Source: Octopus bimaculoides (taxonomy: Eukaryota). Taken from it: a stretch of DNA of 63,978 bases. The position numbers and the translations under genes were made by a program. The stretch spans positions 30,477,545 to 30,541,522 of the forward strand of contig NC_068984.1 of assembly GCF_001194135.2 (NCBI RefSeq), given 5' to 3'. Below, in pieces: positions 1 to 13,202 of this stretch. Every line of letters starts with the position of its first letter. Within the stretch, counting starts at the first letter, position 1. The notes under the pieces were generated by a model that worked only from the letters and a program-made list of their open reading frames with translations, made no database searches and was not told the DNA's origin.

Positions 1-36
<36 letters not shown>

Positions 37-493
37 TCACTAGTGTTTCAACATTTTGGTTTCACTATCTTAAAAATTATGATGGCAGGTGTACGCTTTT
101 CTTTGGACTCAATAGCAGTTCAAATATTTGTTCAACATGGGATAAGAGTATACAAGTTCTGTAAATCAGCCCGTGTGATTATATTCTTGTTTCAATATTG
201 GTGCAAAATATTTATTTCTTACCGTTACAAGGCCTCATTTTTGCAAAATGATCTTATTTACTAACATCATGTGGTGTTTATACCTCCCTCTGGTTCATCA
301 GCAAAGTATGTAAAGAAAATTTATTTGCATCTAGCAACTGAAATCAAGTGATGAACTTGACTTACCAAGTAAAATTTTATAATATTTAAAAGACAAAGAG
401 AAAATCATAAGAGTGTTGGATATTATACATTCCAACTCTTATCTCCCTGTGTTCAAATGGTATTGAGATCAATTTTGCTGGTCACCCTTTCAG

Positions 494-570
494 AAAAATT
501 GTGTAAGATAACTAAAACAGAAAGGTATACATGCTTGGATAGAGAAAAAATGTTCTTGATCTCACCAGAG
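494..570 (+). CDS. Candidate internal exon of an unidentified host gene
   Basis: CCCTTTCAG acceptor and GAG|GTAAGT donor; only one frame is open: (x)KLCKITKTERYTCLDREKMFLISPE, phase 1->0. Confidence 0.35.
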
Positions 571-2286
571 GTAAGTGGTGGGATATCCAGGCATTGTAGC
601 CACACCAATGATTGTGAGGTGTTAAGTTGATTTGTTGGTAGAGCAGAATCCTTTGCAAAATGTTTGTTTAGGAAATATAGAACCACAAAAAAGACAAGAA
701 AAGATGCTTTTCTGGAACTATTTAATAGTAGTAGACTTAAAACTGATTATTGTATAGTACAGTATGGCTATTATTGAAGAGATTATAAATGATTCAGACT
801 TATTGTCTGAAGAAAAGTCCATCTTGAAATGTTAGAATACGCTTCTTTAGCAAATTAACATTATCTAATTTTTTAAATTGATTGAATTGATTTTTTCAAC
901 ACGAACCACGACTGGTCTGTTTAACTTTCTAAATGCTAAATTTCGAATAGACTTGTTTATCACTTCTATTGACAAAGGCAGCAACAACAATAATCAAAGC
1001 CAAAAATCGTGTGCAGCTAATAACTACGCAAAGCTTAAACCTATTCTAATTTGGGTCAACAACATTTACTTATCAAATGGCTGAATCCTCCATCCACAAA
1101 TAAGTTTTGTTGTCATCAGACTAACCCATTTACTCAGTTCTGAAATCATCTATAAAGAATATTTTTGGTTTAACAGTGCTCTAATTAATACTAGTACAAG
1201 TTATATTGCTTCTAATACTTATCAAATAACTCCAGCTGTTTTGAATATGATTCATAGAAGGATTTTATAACCATAATCCATTTTATTTTTACTTCTATAT
1301 TTTAGCTTGTGTATTTTTTGGAAGTTGAGAAAATGCTTTATCGAATCTCAAAGGGCTAGGTTTTGATCTTCAGCCAACTAGAATTAATATTATAGACATA
1401 AGTCATACACTTGGATCAATTTAATCAACCATACTCACCCCAGATTTATGAATCATTAGAAATCATAATTTTTCTAAGTATTATAGAGCAAAAATCAATG
1501 TGATTCAGTAGAAAGAACTACTCTCGGACAAGTCTATTTTCAAATTTTTGTACAAAAAGACAGTAAAAACTCAAAAACTGAAGTAAATGAATTGATAAAG
1601 AGGTCAGTATTGACATACTAAATGCTGAAAACATTACTTTAATTAACGAAGATCAAACATGTATAAATGAGATGCAATACCTAATTCAACTAATTAAAGA
1701 GAGGAACAGTTTGAAATAAGTAAAAGGAAAAACTCTGTTGAAGCACATTGATTGACCCAGTGAATTAAAATTAGAATTAGAAATAAACAATATGAATAGC
1801 CTTAATTTTTTCAGACATTGTGACAACTTTCGACAAGTATCAGCCTTATAAGACCTCATTTTTTACATAATCAGTCATTTACATAACTAGCATTTCTTTG
1901 GAGAGAAAGTAATATATATGTGCTGAAATTATACATATGCTAGTATGACAAAAGCAACATAAAGCTTGGGAGAAATAACTCAGGGATATCATCTTCATAA
2001 AAAATACCTAGTGAAGTATATGTTACACATTTGTTACAGCTAATATATTTATCATCCTTTTCTCTCACTAGTTTTTCTATCAAAAGCTTCCCTTCAATGT
2101 GATGGATTTGTATTTCAATAGTTTAAAATAACTACAAATAAGAAATTAATTTCTTATGTGTATTTCAAGTAGTTTCAAATTTGATTTTTATGAGTGGTTC
2201 ATACCAAGATTAGAAAAGAATATTTTGGGTGATGTGTGTTGGTTAAAACATAGTAAATGACTGATTCACATCTTTATGTTCCATAG

Positions 2287-2346
2287 AAACAGGGACTTCT
2301 AAAGTAACAGTAGAAGAGATAGCAACAGCATATAGTGCATCAGTAG
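2287..2346 (+). CDS. Candidate 60-nt symmetric exon
   Basis: Branch-like CTGAT, TCTTTATGTTCCATAG acceptor and TAG|GTTTGT donor; open frame (E)TGTSKVTVEEIATAYSASV, phase 1->1. Confidence 0.3.
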
Positions 2347-4244
2347 GTTTGTTGTTGTGGTGTGTTTGGTGATATTAACAAAAGTCAAGTGGTTGCGATT
2401 TTGATGTAGTTTAAAATGTTCATATACACACTAGTTGCAATAAGTCAAACATGTGAACAATACTCTAAATATGGAACTTCTCTGAAGCTTGTAGAGATTC
2501 ACCAACTTTTAAGATCTGAAATATTTTCTAACTTTGGTGAAAACTTGCAAAAACCATATTTGGCTATACTATAAAGGCTTGATCATCAGTTTGCAGTGGT
2601 TTTGTTGTTTGATCTTACTGAATCAAAAAACGATAGTGTTGTATGTGACAGACCATGATACATTTAGTAACTGCTGTTTACTAAATGTGTACTACTACTT
2701 AATAACCTAAAAAAAAATATCATATGCTCATTAGCTAAAGATATCTAAGCCCTTTATGTATGAAAAAATTGACAAATAAGCTGTAGAATAAAATGGAATG
2801 AAACCACATATTAATAAAAGAACAGGTTACAATTCTCTTATGTTCATACCTTTCCAAAGAGCATCAGTGGCATTAAGACAAAGCACTGGCTTAAGCCTGA
2901 AATCTTTATTTTGTTCAGACTTGACTAGCTGGGTGCTTATTCATCTGCTCAACTACACCACTGAAAATATTAAGAAACGTTAAATTTTACCAATATCTTT
3001 CAGTAACCTTCAGATATCTTCCCAAAATGTCATACCTAAACATTATCTAATGTTATAGTTGAATAGTTTATTCAGTGTGAGGTAAGCATATCCTTTACAT
3101 TATGTATCTGATAAGTTATATCACTGAAACAAGTATTATTTGCATCTTCGAAGAAAGAAAACAGTACCATAAGAAAACTAGCTATTCTACCCACATTTAC
3201 TAACATATTCAACCAATCTATCATAGAAAATGAAAAAGATATGGAATAGAAAGGTAAAAATAAATAACAAAACAAAATCAGTATAACCATTACTGTTTTT
3301 GACAAGACTGTCACTATAGAAGGAAAACCTTTCAATAAATTCTGATTGGCAATAAGACTTTTACAACCCTCCTTTCTTCTTTTATATAATTTAACAGCTA
3401 ATTTGAAACAAGTAATATATGAATAAGAAGTACAGTTGCATTGAAAATGTTGTAAGCCAACAGAGCAATGTTAAGTGTATAAAGCAATTAGCTTTAATTA
3501 CTGACTCTCATAGAAACTGTAAAGCTCACCATTTCAGTTATCCAAATCAAAGAACAACGTAATTTCAGATCACGCTGCCATGTATTTGCTAATTGATAGT
3601 TATGGCATTCCACCTTCCAATTTCAGAGTTTTGAATTCAAGGAAAGGGAATATCAACATTTGAAGTGAGTGCATATCACATCAAATCAAGAATATCACTC
3701 TTTTAGATATACACACATATCATAAAATCTGATAATATGATTAGAGTGCAACAGAGATGGTCAATATATATGTTTGCTGATGCTACTGTTGTTGCTGAGG
3801 AGGAGTAGTCACAGGTAGAACTGTTGATGTTGATTTTGGATGTGGTTCCAGGACAAATTCTTCAATGCAAGTTACATGCAATTTGTGATACTGCTTTTAG
3901 GAAAATGGGTACATTCTAGTAATCTGACCATATTAACTTTGATATACCATCAATTCCGGTTTTTGTTAATGTTCTATTGAGGCATAATAGCTTTAAGGTG
4001 TTTAACTATCTTTCCTGTCACTGTAGTTTTGCTAGCTACCAATTTTAATCAATTGGGACTTAGATGCATTAACCTATTTCAATTTACAGTTTAAAATCTG
4101 AGTTGTCATTCGTTCTTTTTCCTCGTGGTCTTGTTCGAAAATAAATATAGCTTTCATTGATTAAAAGTTGTCATGCTAATGACATTAAGGATGTTAATGC
4201 TTACTTGTCTATCTATTAATCACTTAATTGTGTGTTCTTGGCAG

Positions 4245-4278
4245 GAATGTAGCAGAAATTGACAACCCTTACTCAAAA
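4245..4278 (+). CDS. Candidate 34-nt exon
   Basis: CTTAAT branch, GTTCTTGGCAG acceptor and AAA|GTGAGT donor; NVAEIDNPYSK. Confidence 0.35.
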
Positions 4279-5499
4279 GTGAGTCCTTATAGTGCGTTTA
4301 AGAAATGTGATGACAAAGCACAATGTTTGACCCTTGATTTATTCACCAATATTAATCAATGCAGTACAGCAAGTCTAATAAATTGGTTATATAGGCTTGA
4401 CCCACAACTCACTCAATAAGGTGGGTTTGTTAGTTTCACTACTTATTACAGTCACAGTTTTTATCAAGCACAAATTATTTTAAGTTTCCAACAAGGTTTT
4501 TAAACTTAATATGTTAAGGTTTTGAGATTTACAATCTTTAAGAAATAAAGAGAATAGTCGCCATTATTTAGCACCTCAGAGAGGCTGGCAGAATTATTAG
4601 CACACCAAACAAAATGCTTCGTCCATCTGTATGCCCTGATTTCAAGCTCAACTTTGCCTTTCATCTTTTTGGGGTGGATAAAATAAGTAATGGTTGAGCA
4701 CTGAAGTTGATGTGATTTGCCATATCCTGCCCACAAAGTCTTGGGGTTTGTCCCTATAATTAATAGGATTATTTAGAACCTCAAATATGCCATGGAATGC
4801 ATCAAACTTACATCGACAACATCATTTATAATAAATTTGATTTCTTTATAAGATCATATAGAATATCATTTCTGGATATTTTCAGCTTCAATAAAGTAAG
4901 AAGCCTCAGAATTTGTTCTTTTTTGGTTTGATAGGGTGAAAATGGCACTGCCCATGGTTTTCAAAGGTTGTGAAATCAACATAGATAATATTCTTCATGA
5001 ATAGTTAGAAGTTGATGTTGCAGGAATAAACACAGGCTGAGAGGAAAACTGGGGTGGTGATACTCAAAGGAAGAAGAACAGGGAATAGGGGTTAGAGTAG
5101 GGCCATTTATGTGACGAGAAAAATAAAAGTAACAAGAGGAGGAACGATGAGTAAGTTGGAAGTGTCTGAGTGGTGCAAGCACAGTCAACTGAAAGGAGCA
5201 GAGGCCACTGAAGTAATAGTAAAACAGGTAGTGTGAGGAGCCAGCAAATATGTAGACTACAAGTTAGAAAGTGTTGGGGAATAATGTCCTAACAATCAGC
5301 TTGGAGACCTCTTTCTGCAATGCAGTCTAAGATATGCATATATGTAGAAGCACACTGTTCCAGATGTGATGGCACTATTCCATTTTGATGTCTGTACATG
5401 TATTCGTAGTATGTAAGAGAACAGTCAAACCAAATTTTGCATTGTTCATGCATTTTTCTATGGAATGAACAGAGTGAACTTATTCCAGTCACAAATATA

Positions 5500-5581
5500 T
5501 ATAAATGTATATATATATAGATATATATGTATGTATGCACCTATCCCCCCTCTCTCTCTATATATATATATATCTCTCATA

Positions 5582-5658
<77 letters not shown>

Positions 5659-5711
5659 CTCTCTCATATATATATATATATATATCTCTCTCTCATATAT
5701 ATATATATATA

Positions 5712-5770
<59 letters not shown>
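5500..5770. repeat. Compound (AT)n/(CT)n microsatellite with a higher-order period of about 30 bp
   Basis: (AT)6-8 and (CT)4-11 blocks alternate about seven times. Confidence 0.9.
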
Positions 5771-5774
<4 letters not shown>

Positions 5775-6927
5775 ACAAAAGTGGTTCATTAACTTGATTC
5801 ATTATGAATTAATCACTAAAGCACTAAAGATTCAGAATATTTCATAGGCATATATTACAATATGCAGTCATTATATAACCAAAGTTTTATGCATTGGAAA
5901 TTACTCCATGAATCAAGTACAAAACAATTCATTCACAAACAGTCACTTTCAGACTATAATCCAAACTAATTAGAAACTAAAGACAAGAAAAAAAGTTTGG
6001 GCCTACAGCTACATGCCAATATAATGTGTCTGATAACAATAATATAGTGCCATGCATGAAAATAAAGTCATCTTAAGTCAAAACATTTTCTCAGTAGGCT
6101 TAAGCAAGTATAGTTCCTCTAGTTATCTATTATCACATAAATATAAGAAGAGAAAAATAACTATATTACATATTATTAATTCATATTTCATTCTTCATAA
6201 TATAATTCGTTGGAAAAATATATCACTTCTACTAGTAAATTAAGATTTAGAGAGAAATTATTATTTTAACGTATATGTGTGTGTGATTATGTGCAAAAGC
6301 AGTAAGAGAACAAAACAAATAAAACAAAAATACAAAAATGATAAATTATGCATAACAATTCTCATATGATTATTTCCTAAGTAATATATGTCTTTTGGAA
6401 TTGAATTTTAGTTGATTTACCAATAGCTATATAGTTCTGTTTTTCACATTATAATTTTGAGATAATTACGTTTAAAAATTAATTATCACACTTTCTATGA
6501 TATTCCAATGTCAGAGAATAAATATATCTTGTATTATCTCAGAATTTATTGCAAATATTATTTCTTTATATTTGTTTTCTTCTTAGCAAAAATCAAGACT
6601 AGTTAAATTTGAAAAGATGGAATACATCCTCCCTGCCTCTTCTTCCTCATCATCACTGTTACTATCCCCTTCACCATCATTATTATTACCATGTGTAGGT
6701 TCACATTTTTCATGCTGGAATGAATTAGAAAAGATATCCTGAATCTGTGATCTACTTTTCCTGTTATCAACACGTAATCATTTTCAAGGGAAGTAATTTA
6801 TTCTGAACTTTGCTCATCAAACAGGTAAGCTACTATACTTTTGTTTATGATATAAGCAACATCCTTTTTTCCCTAGTGGGTTTGAGAGTGCACGACATAT
6901 GGAGAAAAACTCACACACACACACACC

Positions 6928-6962
<35 letters not shown>

Positions 6963-7084
6963 NNNNNNNNNNNNNNNNTATATATAACTAATTTACAGAC
7001 GAACCACCACTCTACAACTCAGAACCTATCCAAATCCATGCTGTGAGGCATGTACTATCTTAATATATCTAAGATTTTGAGTGC

Positions 7085-8285
7085 TACAGCTTGTTGAGTG
7101 CTACAGTTCAAACCCGTGGTTGATGCAAGTCTCATCCAGACCTAGGGTAACATAGTGGCAGAACGATTAGAGCTAAGAAACAAGCCTGGAAGTCCTGGAA
7201 GAATGGGGGTAGCAGGGTACTGTATCAGAATGCCAGAAGGGATGCTAGGAGACAAGTATATCTAGCTAAGGGAAAAGCAGAAAAAAAGAAGTTTGTCTGT
7301 GTTCAGCAATGCGAGGACCAAAGAATTGAAGTATTTTGGATTGCAAGTAAGTGTGTGAAATAAAATTGTGATGTCATAGGGGAGAAATGTGTCTGGATGG
7401 ATCATGGTGCTCTTGCGTGTAATGATTCCACAAAGAAAGAAGCTTGGAGATGCCATTATGAAAGACTGCTGAATGTGGAGATTTAATGGGAGGAGAGTCT
7501 GCCAGAGGTTGACCCAATTGAGGGACTGGCTACCCAAATCGAGAGTTCCATGGTAGATAAAGCAATTAAGGATATGAAGACAGGAAAAGCCCCCAGCCCA
7601 TTAAGACTCTCTGCTGAGATGCTTGAAATATCTGGCAGCGTGGGTTTTGGTCTAGTCACCAAAATTGTAAATCAGATGGTTCACGAAAGTGTCATACCCA
7701 GTGACAGGTGTAGCAACACCCTAGTCAACTGCTTCACAGGTAAAGGTGATGTATTAGATAGAAATAATTACAGAGGTATCAAATTGTTGGATCAGGTGAT
7801 GACAGTGACCGAGACCTTTGGTGATGTGCTGTGATTAAGAGGACCCGTCAAGCCAAGTGCACTCTTGACGGTGGCCACTAAAGAACACCTTTTGCACATT
7901 GGGCCTCACAGAGGCAAAGTGGCTGAGTTCCTTTTGAGCATTGGGCCTCATAGAGGCAAAGTGGTTGAGTTCCTTATGAGTGTTGGGCCTCATGGAGGCA
8001 ATGACCAAGACCTTTGACATTACACTGTGCTTGAGAAGATGACTCATCAAGCTGAGAAAAATTGCAGTCATTCAGATACTGGTGTTACACAAATTAGCAG
8101 CAGCTGTGCTGGTAGCACATAAAACCACCCACTGAGGGTGGTTGGCGTTCAGAAGGGCATCCAGCCATAGAAAAATATGCCGAATCAGACTGGAGTTAGG
8201 TGGAGTCTTCCAGCAAACCAGCCCAGTCAAACCGTCTAACCCATATCAGCGTTAACAACGGACGTTAAATGATGATGATGATGAT
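7085..8285 (+). mobile_element. Older RTE LINE, internally deleted, with repeated 3' ends
   Basis: WRCHYERLLNVE...MKTGKAPSP..SAEML...KGDVLDRNNYRGIKLLDQVM is fused directly to the C-terminal GACCGAGACCTTTGG, followed by 42-bp repeats and an RTE tail ending in (GAT)n. Confidence 0.8.
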
Positions 8286-8482
8286 GTGTGTGTGTGTATA
8301 CTCTTTTAAAGGATCTTAGTCAAAGAAACTGATCCAAGGACTTATTGTTTGTAAGCCTAGTACTTATTCTATCGGTCACTTGTGCTGAACCACTAATTTA
8401 TAGGGACACAAACACACCAGCATCAGTTGTGAAGCAATCATAGGGAGACAAAATAAGATACACACACACATAAATATACATG

Positions 8483-8517
<35 letters not shown>

Positions 8518-9300
8518 ATGTGTGTGTGTGTGTGTGACAGCTTTAGTTGGTCTGAGGCTGTAGTAGAAGAAACTTGCTCAAGGTGCCACACAGTAGGATT
8601 GAACCTGGAACCATGTGGTTGGTAAGCAAGGATCTTACCACACAACCATACCTGCACCTGTATATATATGTATGCACACATACATACATGCATGCATACA
8701 TAGACATTCACACACATAGATGCACATACATATATATTACCTATGGCTTGGTTTTGATTTCTGGCTAGTATTGCATAACATGTATTAATAACCATCTGGG
8801 AAAATACAAGAAAATCGCATTAGCTATTTCACCTTCTTTGACAAATCCCAATCCTTAAAACTGATAATATTGCTGCTACACTGAATCATTATTATGGTAA
8901 GAATTATTGTGTCAGACTAAGATTCTGATATGCTAGGGATGTAACTTGATTATTATTTCAAATTATGACTGTTTCACGTTGGTTTGTAACACATTTATTT
9001 CCCAGAGTATTAAATATTGCAGCTCACCATGGCATTGTAATCTTTTTAATGTTTGTGTTTTTATGCATATATAAGAGCATTTTGATGTTAGAATTCCTTT
9101 TTGAGTAAGTTCCATTATTTTGCAAAATAGCATAATTCTATAGTATCCCACAAGGTCAGCTCTTGTGCATCTGATAGACAGAGGTTAACTTACATTTAAT
9201 TTATACTGACATAGTGTTTATACATACACACCTATATATATTGATACACACACAAATGTATATATATGCATAAGCATATATATATATGTGTGTGTGTATG

Positions 9301-9365
<65 letters not shown>

Positions 9366-10238
9366 TTAAGATTCAGTTCAATTGGGTGGTACATAAGTTG
9401 AGGCACCAAGTCAGTCTGGTATTGTTTGCAGAGCTCAAAGTTAGGTGGATAAAATTATATATACATATGTATATGTATGTATGCATATATACACACATTG
9501 ATCATCCTTTTTTGTGCAGCCCAATTATCTCTTTTTCTCATATGAACAACTTCCTACTGATACACCCCTATCACTATCTGTCGCTCACTCCCTACCACCA
9601 CTCTTTTTGCAGCATACCAATCGACAACACAACTTTCATCTCTTATCTTTTTCCAGTCTACTGTAATATTGCTTTCCTGATTGATCTTCACTTCTTATAT
9701 ACTGGCAGTCATTCCCTCCTCTCCTCTACCTTCCTTCGATCTTTATTCACCATTCACTACATTCACCCACCTCCCTCACCCTATCTCTAACCATCCTTGA
9801 CTCTCCCTACATGCTGTTCTAACGTCTACTCACCAACCCTTCATCCTACCATGTTGTCTCCAGTCTCTCTTCTAATTTACCTTTGTGTACCTTGAGTGTT
9901 CATCCTGGTACTTTGTCACCAACATCTTTATTGCTCTTTCCAGCTCTATTTTGATAACTCTCATTCAGTCATATAATGTGCGGTAGTCATGTGTATATAT
10001 GTGTGCGTGTGTGTGTACTTTTATTGTTCCTCATACTACCTTTCATATACCACATAATGTCTCTCACCCCACCCTTCATATTTTATGAACAGTTTTTCCA
10101 ACTCCATGATAGCTTTTCTTTCTTGTAACCCTCATGAGGAAAGTTTATATCGTCTGTATCTCTTCAAACATTGTCTCATTAAAGGTTTATATGCAGGTTT
10201 ATATGTATATATGCATGTGTATGTATGTCTTTTAAATA

Positions 10239-10269
<31 letters not shown>

Positions 10270-10290
10270 TTAAATATATATACATATATA

Positions 10291-10624
10291 GTGAAGGCAC
10301 ATGGCTCGGTGGTTAAAGTGTTGAGCTTACAATCGTGAGGTTGTGAGTTTGAATCCCGGACCGGGCTGCGTGTTGTGTTCTTGAGAATGACACTTTATTT
10401 CATGTTGCTCCAGTTCACTCAGCTGTAGAAATGAGTTGCGACGTCACAGGTGCCAAGTTGTATTGGTCTTTGCCTTTCCCTTGGATAATACTGGTGGCGT
10501 GGAGAGGGGAGGTCGGTATGCACGGGTGACTGCTGGTCTTCGATAAACAACTTTGCTCGGACTTGTGCCGGGAGGGTAACTTCCATGGTGCAATCCCATG
10601 GTCAGTCATGACCGAAGGGGGTCT

Positions 10625-10625
<1 letters not shown>
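10291..10625 (+). mobile_element. tRNA-derived CORE-like SINE (family C)
   Basis: A box TGGCTCGGTGG (10302-10312), B box GTTTGAATC (10347-10355), and a CORE-like GTGTTCTTGAG..ACACTT..TCACTCAGCTGTAGAAATGAGT. Confidence 0.8.
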
Positions 10626-10663
<38 letters not shown>

Positions 10664-10665
10664 TA

Positions 10666-11626
10666 TGGTGCAATAAAGACTGGTGCAATAAAGACTTGGT
10701 GCAATAAAGACTGTAAACAAACAGGAAACAACTTCTATCTCATTCCAGGGTGAAAAACTAGAGGTAGTCGATAGCTTCCGCTATCTGGGCGACCAAGTTA
10801 GTAGTGGGGGTGGGTGCGCTGAAAGCGTAGCTGCTAGAATAAGAATAGCCTGGGCAAAGTTTAGAGAGCTCTTACCCCTGCTGGCGACAAAGGGACTCTC
10901 ACTCAGAGTAAAAGGCAGACTGTATGACGCATGCGTACGAACAGCCATACTACGTGGCAGTGAAACATGGGCTGTAACTGCTGAGGACATACGTAAGCTC
11001 GCAAGGAATGAAGCCAGTATGCTCCGTTGGATGTGTAATGTCAATGTGAATACNNNNNNNNNNNNNNNNNNNNNNNNNNNNNNNNNNNNNNNNNNNNNNN
11101 NNNNNNNNNNNNNNNNNNNNNNNNNNNNNNNNNNNNNNNNNNNNNNNNNNNNNNNNNNNNNNNNNNNNNNNNNNNNNNNNNNNNNNNNNNNNNNNNNNNN
11201 NNNNNNNNNNNNNNNNNNNNNNNNNNNNNNNNNNNNNNNNNNNNNNNNNNNNNNNNNNNNNNNNNNNNNNNNNNNNNNNNNNNNNNNNNNNNNNNNNNNN
11301 NNNNNNNNNNNNNNNNNNNNNNNNNNNNNNNNNNNNNNNNNNNNNNNNNNNNNNNNNNNNNNNNNNNNNNNNNNNNNNNNNNNNNNNTGCGGGTGGCACA
11401 TAAAAGACACCATTTCGAGCGTGGCCGTTTTCGTGTGGGTGACACGTAAAAGCACCCACTACACTCTCTGAGTGGTTGGCGTTAGGAAGGGCATCCAGCT
11501 GTAGAAACTCTGCCAAATTAGATTGGAGCCTGGTGTTGCCATCCGGTTTCACCAGTCCTCAGTCAAATCGTCCAACCCATGCTAGCATGGAAAGCGGACG
11601 TTAAACGATGATGATGATGATGATGA
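10666..11626 (+). mobile_element. Young 5'-truncated RTE-clade LINE (gap 11054-11387)
   Basis: Open frame GAIKTVNKQ...EVVDSFRYLGDQVS...KGRLYDACVRTAILRGSETW...MLRWMC, followed by the RTE 3' tail GGTTGGCGTTAGGAAGGGCATCCAGC...GTTAAACGATGATGATG. Confidence 0.9.
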
Positions 11627-11847
11627 AGTTTGTATGTGTGTGTACACATATATATATAGTAGGCACAGGCATGGCTGCATGGTAAGGGGTTTTGTTTCCC
11701 AACCACATGTTTCTGGGTTCAGTCCCACTGTATGAGATCTTGTTCAGATGATTTCAACTATAGCCTAGGGTCAACCAAAGCTTTGTGAGTAGATTTGGTA
11801 GATGGAAACTGACAGAAGCCCAGCACGCATATATATATATATATATA

Positions 11848-11990
11848 TACAAGAGTCGAACAAAATAATGGAAACGCCCTATGATTTCAAGCAAATTAAT
11901 TTTATTATGGGGTAGGACCGCCTTTTGGCAGTAATTACAGCTTGAATTTTATAAGGTATGGGCTCGTACAAATTTTGAATTCCTTTGGAA
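11848..11990 (+). mobile_element. Tc1-like terminal fragment
   Basis: TA|CAAGAGTCGAACAAAATAATGGAAAC start after (TA)n; resembles Tc1 termini. No partner end was found. Confidence 0.4.
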
Positions 11991-13202
11991 GCAATTCAAA
12001 ATTTGCCAAATCAGACTGGAGTCTGGTGTAGGCTCCCAGTGTGCCAGCCCAGTCAAACTGTCCAACCCATGTGCCAGCATGGACAACGGAGATTAATATT
12101 GATGTATATATATATATATATAAATATATATCTGTGTGTGTGTATATATATATATCTGTATTTACAGTCACACACATGCATAATATATATATAGGGCTGT
12201 GTGTTTATGTTACTGAGTTATTTCCCCTCATCTTTACATGTTCACAGATTGTAGACAAGAGAACTATTCGGATGGTGTCATTTATTTCCAATTCTCTGCT
12301 TAACCATGTTTAGGATGGTCATTGTTTGATAGACTGCAAGATTGTTATCTTGCTGTCAAGACAAGTAAGGCTTGACACCAAGAAAGGCATCTAGCCATAG
12401 AAATATCGGCTCCAATCTCATCTGACCCCTGCAAGCATTCAATAATGAACCTTATAATGATGTTGATGCTCTTACTTTACAGCTATCTGTATTTGTCTCT
12501 CCTTATTTCGTTTGTACAATATTTTTGCAGTCCTATGATAAATATTTATAATAGTCTCCTAATTGCTGTAGATCTGAATCTTTCTCTATTTATGACAAAT
12601 ATAATACTTGTGTCTTAGCTTTAGTCTGGTGTATTCAGAATACTGTAATTTTATTTCTTTTTTCTTATCTAGTTTTGCTAATTCACTTAACTTCAGATTA
12701 ATAATATTATAACTCTGACTTATTATTGGATCATCTAGAACAGTTTTTATCATAGTGGCTTCTGTTCAAGATTCTGGGGTTTCACATGATAACAAGCATC
12801 TTAATGAAACTTAATATAAAATTATTTCATTAAAAAAATGAAAATGTGTATTCACTGTGCTAAAATAACATTATATGTTTATTTTAATATGACTGAATTT
12901 TTTCTCTTAAAGAATTTTTGTTTCTGTTAATGCTTTACTAAATCTAGAGTGCTAGTGGTTATCTATAACACACACACACATACATACTCATTTAGAATTT
13001 GAGGAAGCAACATCCACGTAAGAGATTGTAAAAAACAATCCTGATGCCAACTGGGTTTAACCAAATATATTAATAGGAAGATTATCAATACATATGTCTA
13101 TAAACAGTCTCATAAAACAAACCAAGCATCTTTTTAATTTTTCTTCTCCATTTTCTTTTATTGACTTTTTAATTTTATGAGACTATATATATATATATAT
13201 TA

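Noticed and set aside
270-301. Minus-strand CTGATGA-ACC-AGAGGGA-GGT-ATAAAC as a hammerhead
   Set aside because: GAAA is absent and no stem I/III or NUH arrangement could be built.
1325-1382. Minus-strand CTGAAGA-TCAAA..TTTGA-GATTC as a decayed hammerhead
   Set aside because: The GAAA core has two substitutions and stem III cannot be formed; this is compatible with chance in AT-rich DNA.
5289-5797. YIYI/SLSL/CVCV/HHHH-rich ORFs here and throughout the window
   Set aside because: They are translations of microsatellites.
7890-8001. Short regularly spaced repeats as a possible CRISPR-like array
   Set aside because: The units are contiguous 42-bp tandem copies of RTE coding sequence with no unique spacers, in a eukaryotic context with no cas genes.
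10291-10365. tRNA gene-like A/B boxes (also 19973, 32477 and the family A/B heads)
   Set aside because: They run directly into SINE bodies and lack a complete cloverleaf acceptor end; these are SINE heads, not tRNA genes.
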